Below the pieces are notes generated by a model. It saw nothing but the letters and a program-made list of their open reading frames with translations. It was not told the origin of the DNA and searched no databases. The translations under genes were made by a program, and so were the position numbers. Below are positions 37,907-47,888 of a stretch of 64,000 nucleotides of DNA, in pieces. Location: positions 205,731 to 269,730 of the IMG/VR virus record IMGVR_UViG_3300017917_002434; one strand, written 5' to 3'. How positions within the stretch are numbered: the first letter of the stretch is position 1; every line of letters starts with the position of its first letter.

Positions 37907-38674
37907 ATGAAAATTGTTTTAGTTACTGGTGGGTTTGATCCGATTCATTCCGGACACATAAGTTATTTTAAGTCGGCACGTACCTTAGGCGATATGCTCA
38001 TAGTCGGATTAAATTCTGATGATTGGTTAGAGCGTAAAAAAGGTCGTGCGTTTATGCCGTGGAATGAAAGATTGTGTATTATCAATAATCTTTCAATGGT
38101 AGACGAAGTTTACACATTCGATGACGAAGATGGTTCTGCTAAACATTTTATTCAGCAGGTCCGAGCTCATTACCCTGATGCTGAATTGATATTTGCCAAC
38201 GGCGGCGATCGCACAGCAAAAAATATTCCCGAAATGGATGTTCAAGATTCTAATCTACGTTTCGAATTCGGTGTCGGCGGAGAAGATAAAAAGAACTCTA
38301 GCAGCTGGATCTTACAAGAGTGGAAGGCTCCAAAAACAGAAAGACCCTGGGGATATTATAGGGTATTACACGAAGTTACTGGATGTAAAGTAAAAGAGCT
38401 AACAGTGAATCCTGGACAGAGTCTAAGTCTACAAAGACATAAAGATAGAACAGAAATATGGTTAGTAGCCAAAGGTCAATGTATGGTAGAACATTATGGT
38501 CATGCTATACAATCTGATGCGTATCTTGTTCAAACCCCCTTACATACTCACAGCGAATATCATGTCAGTAGAACTGCCTGGCATAGATTGTTTAATCCAT
38601 ATAACGAACCTTGTCAGATAGTTGAAATTCAATACGGCGATCGCTGTGTTGAGGAGGACATAGAAAGAAAATGA
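37907..38674 (+). CDS. Cytidylyltransferase-like domain fused to a mannose-6-phosphate-isomerase-type cupin
   Basis: N-terminal GGFDPIHSGH (HxGH) and FANGGDR; C-terminal RPWG.Y, SLQRH..R.E.W and EIQYG..EEDIER. Confidence 0.85.
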   Translation: MKIVLVTGGFDPIHSGHISYFKSARTLGDMLIVGLNSDDWLERKKGRAFMPWNERLCIINNLSMVDEVYTFDDEDGSAKHFIQQVRAHYPDAELIFANGGDRTAKNIPEMDVQDSNLRFEFGVGGEDKKNSSSWILQEWKAPKTERPWGYYRVLHEVTGCKVKELTVNPGQSLSLQRHKDRTEIWLVAKGQCMVEHYGHAIQSDAYLVQTPLHTHSEYHVSRTAWHRLFNPYNEPCQIVEIQYGDRCVEEDIERK

Positions 38675-39366
38675 AAGATATAATACCTATCTTTGTAGGT
38701 TACGATCCTAGAGAAGCGATCGCATATCATACCTGTGTAAACAGTATTATTAGAAATTCCAGCCGCCCTGTAAGCATTATTCCCGTGGCACTTAATCTGT
38801 TCAAAGACTATACTGAAACACATACCGATGGCAGCAATCACTTTATCTATACCAGATTTCTTGTGCCATATCTGATGAGCTGGACTGGTCATGCTATATT
38901 CATTGACGGTGATATGATCGTTAGAGGAGACATAGCAGAGCTTTGGGACCTACGTGAAATGGGCAAGGATGTTCAAGTTGTAAAGCACGATTACAAAACA
39001 AAAATGCCTGTAAAATATTTAGGAGCAAAAAATGAAGACTATCCTAGAAAAAATTGGTCTAGTGTTATTCTGTGGAATTGTAATAGTTTTCCTAACCGGA
39101 AACTTACTCCCGAGTTCGTCCAGCGAGCCACAGGTGCCGAGCTCCACCGCTTCTCGTGGCTAGAAGAAGACCGCATCGGAGAATTACCTAAGGAGTGGAA
39201 CTGGCTAGACGTAGAATACGATTACAACCCCGACGCTAAATTAGTTCACTATACTTTAGGCACACCGTGTTTCCATGAATTTGCCACACAGGGAAATTTT
39301 GCTAATGAATGGCATAGAGAGCGAGTATTAACTGAACACTGCCAACAACATGATATTCTTAAGTAA
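38671..39366 (+). CDS. GT-A glycosyltransferase (GT8-like)
   Basis: FIYTRFLVP, IFIDGD, KNWSSV, LPKEWN and HYTLG motifs. Confidence 0.85.
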   Translation: MKDIIPIFVGYDPREAIAYHTCVNSIIRNSSRPVSIIPVALNLFKDYTETHTDGSNHFIYTRFLVPYLMSWTGHAIFIDGDMIVRGDIAELWDLREMGKDVQVVKHDYKTKMPVKYLGAKNEDYPRKNWSSVILWNCNSFPNRKLTPEFVQRATGAELHRFSWLEEDRIGELPKEWNWLDVEYDYNPDAKLVHYTLGTPCFHEFATQGNFANEWHRERVLTEHCQQHDILK

Positions 39367-40135
39367 GAACGGTCAAGACGAATACATCAATCAATTCTGT
39401 AGAGCATCTAAAGGAACTCTAGTTAACACAGACAATTTTGATTATAATAGTAGTAACGAACCTATCGTATTGAGAGGTATTCTCAAAGACAAGATAATGA
39501 AAAACTGTTGGAGGGATCAACGTGATTTTTATTACGTAGATACTGGTTATTTTGGAAATGAGAAAACTAAATCTAATCCTAATGGTTGGAAACTATGGCA
39601 TAGGATAGTCAAAAATAATCTACAACACGGAGAAATTATTCCTAGACCAGCAGATAGATTTCTTCGATTTAATAAAAAATTTCAACCGTGGAAAAAGACC
39701 GGAACTAAAATTCTCATAGCTGCTCCTGATGAAAAACCTTGTAAATTCTACGGTATCGATAAAGAGCAGTGGGTTAACGAAACCGTTAACACAATCAAAC
39801 AATTTACAGATCGGCCTGTGGTAGTAAGAGAACGAGCTAAATTAAGAATTGATAGGATTAGCACCGACACTTTAGAGCAGGCATTGAATAATGATGTATT
39901 TGCATTAGTTACATTTAACAGTGTCGCTGCTGTTGAGAGTATTTTTCACGGTATACCAGTTTTTACACTAGCACCGTGTAATGCTGCTAGTCCAGTAAGT
40001 TTACAGGACCTCAGCCATATAGAAAAACCGTATTACCCGGACAGCGATAAATTATTTGCGTGGGGCTGTCATCTGGCCTACGGACAATTTAGTTTTACCG
40101 AAATGAGAGACGGATCAGTTTGGAACATTATATGA
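39350..40135 (+). CDS. Capsule-synthesis (KpsS/KpsC-like) glycosyltransferase
   Basis: YVDTGYF, RPVVVR and VTFNSVAAVESIFHGIPVF motifs. Confidence 0.6.
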   Translation: MIFLSKNGQDEYINQFCRASKGTLVNTDNFDYNSSNEPIVLRGILKDKIMKNCWRDQRDFYYVDTGYFGNEKTKSNPNGWKLWHRIVKNNLQHGEIIPRPADRFLRFNKKFQPWKKTGTKILIAAPDEKPCKFYGIDKEQWVNETVNTIKQFTDRPVVVRERAKLRIDRISTDTLEQALNNDVFALVTFNSVAAVESIFHGIPVFTLAPCNAASPVSLQDLSHIEKPYYPDSDKLFAWGCHLAYGQFSFTEMRDGSVWNII

Positions 40136-40803
40136 ATCTACACTTTATAACAAGCATATCAAAAGATTATTGGTTTAATACAGCTAAAAAATGTATTAGT
40201 ACATGGGACTTACCAGGAAAAGTTACAATATTTGTTGAACAACGAGAAGGCGATATGAGTTGGACTTCTGAATTACCGTTTCCTTTTCAATTAGTTTATG
40301 CCCCCGATCTTAAAGTAGATAGATTTACAACAACTAGCAAAATTGCTAAATTTTGGGGTAAATCATGTGCCCAGATACAGGCTGTTAGAGAACGCGGAAC
40401 CGATGAAAGAGTTATATGGATCGACGCCGACGTGGAACAAATAGCTCCGGTAACAGCAGATCTTTTTAATTTTGAATTTGTAGAACCTCTAGCCATGTTA
40501 AACAGCGGCGATCATGAAGATTGTTGGGAAACCGGTGTTGTTATCTTTAATCAACAGTTCGATAAACTGAATTTAATCATGAAACGATACGAAAGTGCTT
40601 GGAATAACGAAGAGATTTTATGTAGTCTGTGGAAACCATATGATGCTCAGGTGTTGGGGTACATTGCCGAGGATCGCGGATATAAAAATCTCTGTAAACA
40701 GCCTTGCTCAAATGCCGATGCCTTAAAAAACAGTCATCTCGCAGATTATTTTACTCACTGGATCAATAAAGAAAACAAAGCAAAACTAAATGAACAAGAT
40801 TAA
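40132..40803 (+). CDS. GT-A-like glycosyltransferase
   Basis: VIWIDAD DxD motif and ETGVVIFN. Start moved to ATG 40132. Confidence 0.6.
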   Translation: MNLHFITSISKDYWFNTAKKCISTWDLPGKVTIFVEQREGDMSWTSELPFPFQLVYAPDLKVDRFTTTSKIAKFWGKSCAQIQAVRERGTDERVIWIDADVEQIAPVTADLFNFEFVEPLAMLNSGDHEDCWETGVVIFNQQFDKLNLIMKRYESAWNNEEILCSLWKPYDAQVLGYIAEDRGYKNLCKQPCSNADALKNSHLADYFTHWINKENKAKLNEQD

Positions 40804-41719
40804 GGTTGTTGGTTATCTTTCAGGAATTCCGCCAGGCGTTAAAAATCAACACAAACGCGATATCATCTTACGATTTATAGAAGGCGTTCAGAAATCTGGT
40901 GACGACGGAGTTCTAAACAACAATAGAACAATCATTCCGGCCGACATTGCTTTTATCCAAGGTTGGGTACACGAAGGTAGCGGCGATTCTCCTCATCTGA
41001 TGGTTAGAAAACAAGTAGTCCAACATCAAAAAATTTCAAGAAAACACACGTTAGTAGTAGACAGTAATTTGTTTAATTATGTTGACGGAAATCAAAATAA
41101 ATCTTATCTAAGATATAGTTTCGACGGAGTTTTTCCCACTACCGCAAATTATTTTTGGGACAACGTCGATCCTTCTAGGTGGATACAGATCAGCAGAGAT
41201 CAAAATATATCTCTTAAAGACTGGAGAACCAAAGGCAATCATATTTTAATCTGTACCCAGAGACCAGGCGGTTGGAGCATGAAAGGATTAGATGTTAATC
41301 AATGGTTAAACATGACTATAGGTGAGCTAAAGAAATACACAGACCGACCTATCGTTGTTAGATCACATCCAGGTGCTAAGGGATCTAAGGAAAGTGTGTC
41401 AGTAAACAATCGTCAAGGATTGTATACTGTTAGCAATAATCAGTTTATACGAGATGATTTTAAAAATGCCCATGCTGTAATAACTTACAACAGTTCTCCA
41501 GGGGTAGCTGCGGCTATTGAAGGAATACCGGTATTTGTTACCGATCCTAATCCTCGAATTAGTCAAGCCTACGAAGTAAGCAATCATAGATTAGAGTTAA
41601 TAGAATCACCTAACACACCAGATCGACAAGCATGGGTTGAGAAACTATCTATGAGTCACTGGAATTTAGAAGAAGCTAGATCAGGTCAGGCCTGGAATCA
41701 CATCAAGCAGTACATTTAG
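40790..41719 (+). CDS. Capsule-synthesis (KpsS/KpsC-like) glycosyltransferase
   Basis: RPIVVRSHP and VITYNSSPGVAAAIEGIPVF motifs; paralogous to 39350..40135. Confidence 0.6.
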   Translation: MNKIKVVGYLSGIPPGVKNQHKRDIILRFIEGVQKSGDDGVLNNNRTIIPADIAFIQGWVHEGSGDSPHLMVRKQVVQHQKISRKHTLVVDSNLFNYVDGNQNKSYLRYSFDGVFPTTANYFWDNVDPSRWIQISRDQNISLKDWRTKGNHILICTQRPGGWSMKGLDVNQWLNMTIGELKKYTDRPIVVRSHPGAKGSKESVSVNNRQGLYTVSNNQFIRDDFKNAHAVITYNSSPGVAAAIEGIPVFVTDPNPRISQAYEVSNHRLELIESPNTPDRQAWVEKLSMSHWNLEEARSGQAWNHIKQYI

Positions 41720-42254
41720 ATAGCCAATAAACAGCTACCTTACTTTTACTGCTTTTTCTATATGATGTTTTTATAAAAGTACCCCAGGTGTCTAATACTT
41801 CTTGATGAGACCAATCATCTTTAACGTGAACTTCGAAGGGATTTCCTTCGACAGCATCTTGAGGATAGTGAACTACCGGAATACTGATTATAACTGTCTT
41901 ACTGATGTTGAGCAGATGGTCAACAACCTCTAGAGCTTCGTCTTTAGTCATATGCTCTAACACATCTCCAGCTATAGCAACGTCAATATTTCGAAAAGAT
42001 TTCCAATCAATTTTTCTAACATCTTCATTTATTACTTTAGAATACTTTGATCTAAGATTAAATTTTTCTATATATGGTTTCCATGCTTCGATAGCGATCC
42101 ATTCGACATTTTTAGCTATGCCGGCATCAGTAATCAATCGATAATACGTACCACTGCCGGCTCCGATATCTAGTATCCGACTGATATTGTTTTGATTTTC
42201 TTTAAACCAAAACAGAATCTGATCTTTGCCTGCCGAGTTGCTACTTCCGCTCAT
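41703..42254 (-). CDS. Class I SAM-dependent methyltransferase
   Basis: ILDIGAGSG and GDVLEH motifs. Confidence 0.85.
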   Translation of the reverse strand: MSGSSNSAGKDQILFWFKENQNNISRILDIGAGSGTYYRLITDAGIAKNVEWIAIEAWKPYIEKFNLRSKYSKVINEDVRKIDWKSFRNIDVAIAGDVLEHMTKDEALEVVDHLLNISKTVIISIPVVHYPQDAVEGNPFEVHVKDDWSHQEVLDTWGTFIKTSYRKSSKSKVAVYWLSKCTA

Positions 42255-42939
42255 CTTTGTTCCATATATGTGTTCGTATCAATGAAGATTTGCCGCCTGT
42301 AGGGTCTCTATCCTCAGCTTTTCCCATCATGTAACTATGTATTTGTATTTTTATCAAATGTTGATTAATAGCATTATCAGCCGGCATATATGTATGCTTA
42401 TATTCATCGATTAAAATTTTAGCAGCATGAGGTTTTATAAGATATCCAGCATTACCGGGCATCGATGATTGGTAGTATGGGGCTGCTTCGGGCTCGCCCT
42501 GGGGATCTAACAAATATTGCCAATATTTTCTCATCTTTTTTTCGTGACTAGAAGCCACAGATAGTACATCATCCCACTCAACCGGAATAAATCTTCGAAT
42601 TATTCTTGCGTCGTCCTCCCATACAAATATAGGTTCGTTTATTTCATGACATTTTTGCCATAATCTGTAATGACTGGAAAAACAACCTATTTCTCCGGGA
42701 GTATTGTGCTCAGGTCTATCTCGATACTCATCAGAAAATATAGTCGATGGACCGTATTTCATGCCCCAGGGGTGATATTTCTTGCCTTCTTTAATAAATC
42801 TTTCTTTAGTTTCGTCACCGTAGGACCCTTCGAACAATTCAACCGGCATATTAAAATTTTCCAGCTGGGATTTTAGTGTAAGTGCTGAATCTAAACTACT
42901 TTTTATTTTAGAAAGATGGATAATGTAAGATTTATACAT
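42241..42939 (-). CDS. Glycosyltransferase family 25-like
   Basis: YIIHL, GEIGCFSSHY.LW, WEDD and GY.I.P.AA motifs. Confidence 0.85.
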   Translation of the reverse strand: MYKSYIIHLSKIKSSLDSALTLKSQLENFNMPVELFEGSYGDETKERFIKEGKKYHPWGMKYGPSTIFSDEYRDRPEHNTPGEIGCFSSHYRLWQKCHEINEPIFVWEDDARIIRRFIPVEWDDVLSVASSHEKKMRKYWQYLLDPQGEPEAAPYYQSSMPGNAGYLIKPHAAKILIDEYKHTYMPADNAINQHLIKIQIHSYMMGKAEDRDPTGGKSSLIRTHIWNKDERK

Positions 42940-43612
42940 TGGAAAACTTCTCTAAATTTTTAGTAAGACTAAATTTTCTAAGATTTTTCATGTTAAAAAA
43001 TTTATGTAATCTTACGACAGGCACATTTGTGATTTTTATGTCAATTATCGCAGTACCTATATGTTTATCTGTAGGTAGTGCTCCACGTTCGTGAGCAAAA
43101 TTTATTAATTTTTTAGCACCAACAGGTTTTATCAAATATCCATATGCTCCTCTGAGGTATCCGCCTGCTTTATCGAAATCGTTTGGAACTACATCTTGGC
43201 ATTTTATAGGAATAGTCAAACTTTTTTCAACTTTTTCATTGTAATCTTCGCTAAACTGATCATAAGGATCTAAATTTAGTACCTCTGTGAAATGTTGTTC
43301 AATATCCTCTGGTAATTTTCTTATAAAAATTCCGTCGTGTTCTAAAATCAAAAATGTTTCCTCTTGTTCTGAGCATTTTTTCCATAATTCATAGTGGCTT
43401 AGGAAGCATCCCTTAACCCCGGGCAACTTTTCTATCTTATCTTGTAGAAAATTTTTGATACCGTACTGATCAAATTTATATTGATCCTTTATGCCATCGC
43501 TGCCTATCCAGCCTCTGAGGTCTATACCGAACTTTTCTGCCTCTGCTACTGCTTCCTGAGCAAATTTTACGCTCATCTCAATCTGATTTTGAAAAATTAC
43601 AAAGCACTTCAT
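42932..43612 (-). CDS. Glycosyltransferase family 25-like
   Basis: GCFLSHY.LW, ILEHD and GYLI.P.GA motifs. Confidence 0.85.
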   Translation of the reverse strand: MKCFVIFQNQIEMSVKFAQEAVAEAEKFGIDLRGWIGSDGIKDQYKFDQYGIKNFLQDKIEKLPGVKGCFLSHYELWKKCSEQEETFLILEHDGIFIRKLPEDIEQHFTEVLNLDPYDQFSEDYNEKVEKSLTIPIKCQDVVPNDFDKAGGYLRGAYGYLIKPVGAKKLINFAHERGALPTDKHIGTAIIDIKITNVPVVRLHKFFNMKNLRKFSLTKNLEKFSNV

Positions 43613-44424
43613 TGCCAGTATGACTCTTTCCTCACCACTCTGAGATCTTTTTTCAAACTTTTACCTTTGTCCTTACGCTCACCTTTGAGATGATCTAGAT
43701 ATGCTCCCCATTCACAATTAATCAGCGGGTGTCCTTCACCTCTTATTAGTCCTTTGCTCCAATTTAACTGTTTCAAAAATGGAAATCTTTTACGGACTTC
43801 GTCGAATACATAACTGTCGTGCCACTCTTCTAATAAAAATATACCTGTCTCGGCACGATCGTACATGCGTTTAAATTCTCTGATAAAATTTTTGGTCATT
43901 TCTGAACGTAGATTTAGAGAATATAAACCACATTCGGAAAATTTGTTGTCTCTACCTAAATAGCAAAGGTCCATGTCCATAGGAATTAGATCTCTGATTT
44001 TGTCCATCGTGATAGGACTGTGACAAACCATGTCGGCATCCATCCATATTAATACATCAGCATCGCAATTTTCGGCACAATGAAAAATACTGTAAACTTT
44101 ATGAGCAAATCTTACCGCATCCCACTTGAAAGGCTTGTGGCTGTCTTTTCTGTGGGCTAATCTTGGTATACCTGATATGTCTCCGTTGGCATGAGGAACA
44201 CCTTTCCATTTGTCTTTGAATGATTTTAAATCAGGAACACCAGTGTCTAAGTCTGTTAGAGTTATCCTTGAATGATCAGGAATCATGGGATTAACTTTTT
44301 CCGGATAGAGATGTAATTTAACTTCACTAGGCCAATTTTTCATATAGGTTTCGATCATCCTACGACCGTATGATCGGTACCCTGCTTCGTGAAACGTAGT
44401 AACTACAGCAAATTTTCTACTCAT
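43609..44424 (-). CDS. GT-A-like glycosyltransferase
   Basis: RFAHKV, LIWMDAD, SECG, WHDSYVFD and YLDHLKG motifs. Confidence 0.7.
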   Translation of the reverse strand: MSRKFAVVTTFHEAGYRSYGRRMIETYMKNWPSEVKLHLYPEKVNPMIPDHSRITLTDLDTGVPDLKSFKDKWKGVPHANGDISGIPRLAHRKDSHKPFKWDAVRFAHKVYSIFHCAENCDADVLIWMDADMVCHSPITMDKIRDLIPMDMDLCYLGRDNKFSECGLYSLNLRSEMTKNFIREFKRMYDRAETGIFLLEEWHDSYVFDEVRKRFPFLKQLNWSKGLIRGEGHPLINCEWGAYLDHLKGERKDKGKSLKKDLRVVRKESYWQ

Positions 44425-44461
44425 ATGAGCCTCCGAAACATATTTATTGGTAACAAAAGGC

Positions 44462-44490
44462 TTGATTTTTTATCATGAATCTGTTATTAT
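44462..44490 (+). promoter_or_regulatory. sigma70-type promoter (leaderless)
   Basis: TTGATT-17 bp-TATTAT with TGn extension; ATG 6 nt downstream. Confidence 0.6.
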
Positions 44491-44496
44491 TATAAA

Positions 44497-45696
44497 ATGT
44501 CATATAACACCTATATCGAAGACATTTTTATCGAAGTTGCCGAAAAAATATTAGAAGGCGATATCGCTACTCCGCATCTAGATTGGGGGCCTGTGAGTAG
44601 TTTTTATAGCACTATCACTACCGGTAAGTTATTGACTAGGAAACAGGCAGATTATCTTATACGACTGTTAAACAAATATCAAACTGCCTACCAAACGCTG
44701 ACTGGTAACGATATTTCTCCGTTCCTCATCTCGCCTGTATGGAAGAATCCCTTTAGGACATTAGATAATTCTAAAAGCATATCAGTAGTCAAAGAAGCTT
44801 CGGGGATACACTACCTTTATCTCAAGTTTCCTTATGTCCTCAAAGAGGTTTTTGTGGAAGAATTTACCCACAAAAATGAAAAGTTTCCTGCGATATGGGA
44901 CGACGAATTACGTGTTCAAAAAATCAAAGTCAACGACGTTAACTTGGTCAGATTACATGATTTTGTAAAAAATAATGGTTTTGATATTTCTGAAGATTTT
45001 TTAAATCTCGTGGCGGAAGTAGAAGAAATATGGGACCACGAAGATCAATTTTCGCCTGAGGCTGAAGTAGTGAATGGTTCAGTGGAAATTAAAAATTATA
45101 CCGAGTCGGCAAAAAATTATTTTGAGCAAAACAGATGTCACGACGTCATTAAAGATTTATTTCTAGCTCGCAGCATGGGTTATAAACTGACAAAATTTGA
45201 CCAAAAAAATCGTCTCGATAGACTGTTTTCGTGTCAAGAAACAAATTTCTGGATGAGAGGATTAGCTGAGTGTTTTTCTTTTATTAAGACCATAGACGTC
45301 TATCCTATAGTATTATTTTTGGACAGAGCCAGCAATTTAATAGAAGATGTGAACACTTATATTTCTGCGTTTAAAGACGCAGGTTTTGACGAAAAATCCA
45401 TAAGAATTTGTTTTCGATTTAGTAATGAAGAAGAAGGCGGAAAAAAGTTTAATCAATGGATAAAAAATAATGGCCTAGGCGGATCTGTAAGTACAGGCAA
45501 AATTTTTATCTGTCAACATAAACCTCCGAAATGGATGACCTCACCTGATTTTTCACCGAAAATCCTGATAAGTAATAGTCTCTATCCTGCGACTAGCAAA
45601 CAAACATCATCATTCATCAGACATCATCATACGGTCTTTTATGTTGGCAATGTCAAACCTTCAATGAACAAGGAAAATAAAATTGTCGAGCTGTAA
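44497..45696 (+). CDS. Hypothetical protein upstream of UvsW
   Basis: 399-aa ORF overlapping the uvsW start; no motif recognised. Confidence 0.7.
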   Translation: MSYNTYIEDIFIEVAEKILEGDIATPHLDWGPVSSFYSTITTGKLLTRKQADYLIRLLNKYQTAYQTLTGNDISPFLISPVWKNPFRTLDNSKSISVVKEASGIHYLYLKFPYVLKEVFVEEFTHKNEKFPAIWDDELRVQKIKVNDVNLVRLHDFVKNNGFDISEDFLNLVAEVEEIWDHEDQFSPEAEVVNGSVEIKNYTESAKNYFEQNRCHDVIKDLFLARSMGYKLTKFDQKNRLDRLFSCQETNFWMRGLAECFSFIKTIDVYPIVLFLDRASNLIEDVNTYISAFKDAGFDEKSIRICFRFSNEEEGGKKFNQWIKNNGLGGSVSTGKIFICQHKPPKWMTSPDFSPKILISNSLYPATSKQTSSFIRHHHTVFYVGNVKPSMNKENKIVEL

Positions 45697-47140
45697 ATTA
45701 ATTATTCGAGATGAAGTAAATGTAAAATTTGAGGGGCTTTCTCTCGAAACTCGACGCAAACTTGCCAATAAATTTAAGGTCGATGTTCCGTGGGCAAGAT
45801 ATCAACCATCCTATAGATTAGGAAGATGGGACGGTACCGTTGCCTTCTTCAGCATCGGCGGAACTGGCTACATGTGCCATCTAGAAGAGATACTAGAAAT
45901 TGTCACAAATGACGGTTATGACATAGAAGTAGAAGATCAACGACATCCAGTTCAGTTAGAGTTCAAAAAAGTATCAGAAACATATTGGGCCGATCAAGGC
46001 AAGACATGGCCCGAAGGTCACCCCGAGGCAGGCAAACCGATTTTACTAAGAGATTATCAATTTGATGCTATCAATAAATTCTTAGAAAATCCTCAATGTT
46101 TACAAGAAATTGCCACTGGTGCTGGCAAGACAATTACCACTGCTACACTCAGCCATTGTTGTGAAAAATACGGTAGAACAGTTATCGTAGTACCTAATAA
46201 ATCATTAGTAGAACAGACAGAAGAAGATTTTCGAAACGTGGGATTAGACGTTGGCGTCTATTACGGAGATCGAAAAGAATTAGGAAAAACCCATACTATC
46301 TGTACTTGGCAAAGTCTTAATGTGTTAGATAAAAAGAGCAAAGATGATCCCGATTCTATGACTTTAGGAGATTTTTTAAGTGGAGTTGTGGCATTCATCG
46401 TTGATGAGGTACATCAGGCCAAAGCCGAAGTGCTGAAAAACATTCTAACTAGAGACTTAGCATCATGTCCTATACGTTGGGGTCTCACAGGCACAATACC
46501 AAAAGAAAAATTTGAGTTCCAAAGTATTCTTGCCAGTATTGGTCCAGTTATTAACAAGATCTCTGCTCACGAATTACAACAGAAAAATGTTCTAGCACAA
46601 TGCCATGTAGAAGTTCTACAGACTATCGAAATCAAAGAATTTAGAAGTTATGCTGAGGAATTAAAATATCTAGTCACAGACTCTAGCAGAATAGATTGGC
46701 TAGCAGAACGCATCAAAAGTATCTCTAATTCAGGTAACACTTTGGTATTAATTGATCGAATAGAAACTGGTAAGATGTTACAGGAAAGAATGAAAGATAT
46801 TGATTTTATCAGCGGATCAGTAAAAACCAAAGACAGGAAAGAGAGCTATGACGAAATTAAAACTAGTGACAACAAGATTATTGTGGCGACTTATGGTGTG
46901 GCCGCTGTGGGTATTAATATCCCTCGCATTTTTAATCTGGTTCTTGTGGAGCCCGGAAAGAGCTTTGTCCGAGTTATACAATCAATTGGGCGAGGTATTA
47001 GAAAAGCAGAAGACAAAGACTTCGTCCAGATCTGGGACATAACAGGTGGAACAAAATATGCCAAGAGGCATTTGACAGAACGGAAGAAATTTTATAAGGA
47101 TGCTCACTATCCTTTCAATATTAATAAGGTAACAATATGA
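45683..47140 (+). CDS. uvsW: SF2 DNA helicase UvsW-like
   Basis: LRDYQ, ATGAGKT, VDEVH, GLTGT and QSIGRGIR motifs. Confidence 0.92.
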   Translation: MSSCKLIIRDEVNVKFEGLSLETRRKLANKFKVDVPWARYQPSYRLGRWDGTVAFFSIGGTGYMCHLEEILEIVTNDGYDIEVEDQRHPVQLEFKKVSETYWADQGKTWPEGHPEAGKPILLRDYQFDAINKFLENPQCLQEIATGAGKTITTATLSHCCEKYGRTVIVVPNKSLVEQTEEDFRNVGLDVGVYYGDRKELGKTHTICTWQSLNVLDKKSKDDPDSMTLGDFLSGVVAFIVDEVHQAKAEVLKNILTRDLASCPIRWGLTGTIPKEKFEFQSILASIGPVINKISAHELQQKNVLAQCHVEVLQTIEIKEFRSYAEELKYLVTDSSRIDWLAERIKSISNSGNTLVLIDRIETGKMLQERMKDIDFISGSVKTKDRKESYDEIKTSDNKIIVATYGVAAVGINIPRIFNLVLVEPGKSFVRVIQSIGRGIRKAEDKDFVQIWDITGGTKYAKRHLTERKKFYKDAHYPFNINKVTI

Positions 47141-47643
47141 GAATTTTAACATTAAAAAATCAAGCATTTGATTTGAACGAATTGCCAGAGGAAGTTGAAG
47201 AAGATACTAGATTTTCTGTATTAGATAATTCTAATACCAGCGATCCGGATTTCTTTTTCGTTCCTCTTATATTTTTAGAATCTTTTAATGCTCCAGCAAT
47301 AGTAATGAACATAGGCGGTCATGAGATACAGATGCCTTTGGATTGGAGTATGGTTGTCGGAGATAAAGAATGTGGCATGGATCCAGAAGTATTGCCGTTA
47401 ACCAGTATCAACGAAAGAGGATTTGAAGCATTCAGTCTTAATCCGATCAGCGGCTTTAGACCAGAATATCTTCCGATTGAAATCGTCAATATCTATCAGG
47501 ATGTTAAGTGGTATTTTCCTAAGATGAAAAATAATCAATTACTAACAGTGCCAGTGAGAGATGGAGAAGCACCTCCGTGTGTGTTCTTTGTTAAAGAGAT
47601 TTCGAGACAGAGCGAAGTCTTACAATTAGACAAATTATTTTAA
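47137..47643 (+). CDS. Conserved-looking hypothetical protein, possible inactive Hint-fold
   Basis: ATGA-coupled to uvsW; the beta-strand pattern resembles Hint domains but lacks catalytic residues. Confidence 0.45.
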   Translation: MRILTLKNQAFDLNELPEEVEEDTRFSVLDNSNTSDPDFFFVPLIFLESFNAPAIVMNIGGHEIQMPLDWSMVVGDKECGMDPEVLPLTSINERGFEAFSLNPISGFRPEYLPIEIVNIYQDVKWYFPKMKNNQLLTVPVRDGEAPPCVFFVKEISRQSEVLQLDKLF

Positions 47644-47888
47644 TGCCAATACCTTTTATGGATAGAGATTGGCAAGAAGAAAGCTTCTGGAGTCATTGTA
47701 TTGGAAAACAATTAAAAATCTCTCTGTGGCCTAGAAAATGTTATTACAGCAATAAATCGCTGTGGTTTAGAACATCTTATAAAGTAGTTGCTATGTGGAC
47801 CGGTCCTGGTGAACCAGTTTTTGAAAGTAGATGGATCGATGCCAATGAATATTTGATTAAAGCTATTAAAGGAGAAACTCGTGGGTAG
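47643..47888 (+). CDS. Hypothetical Trp-rich protein
   Basis: TAATG-coupled ORF of 81 aa. Confidence 0.6.
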   Translation: MPIPFMDRDWQEESFWSHCIGKQLKISLWPRKCYYSNKSLWFRTSYKVVAMWTGPGEPVFESRWIDANEYLIKAIKGETRG

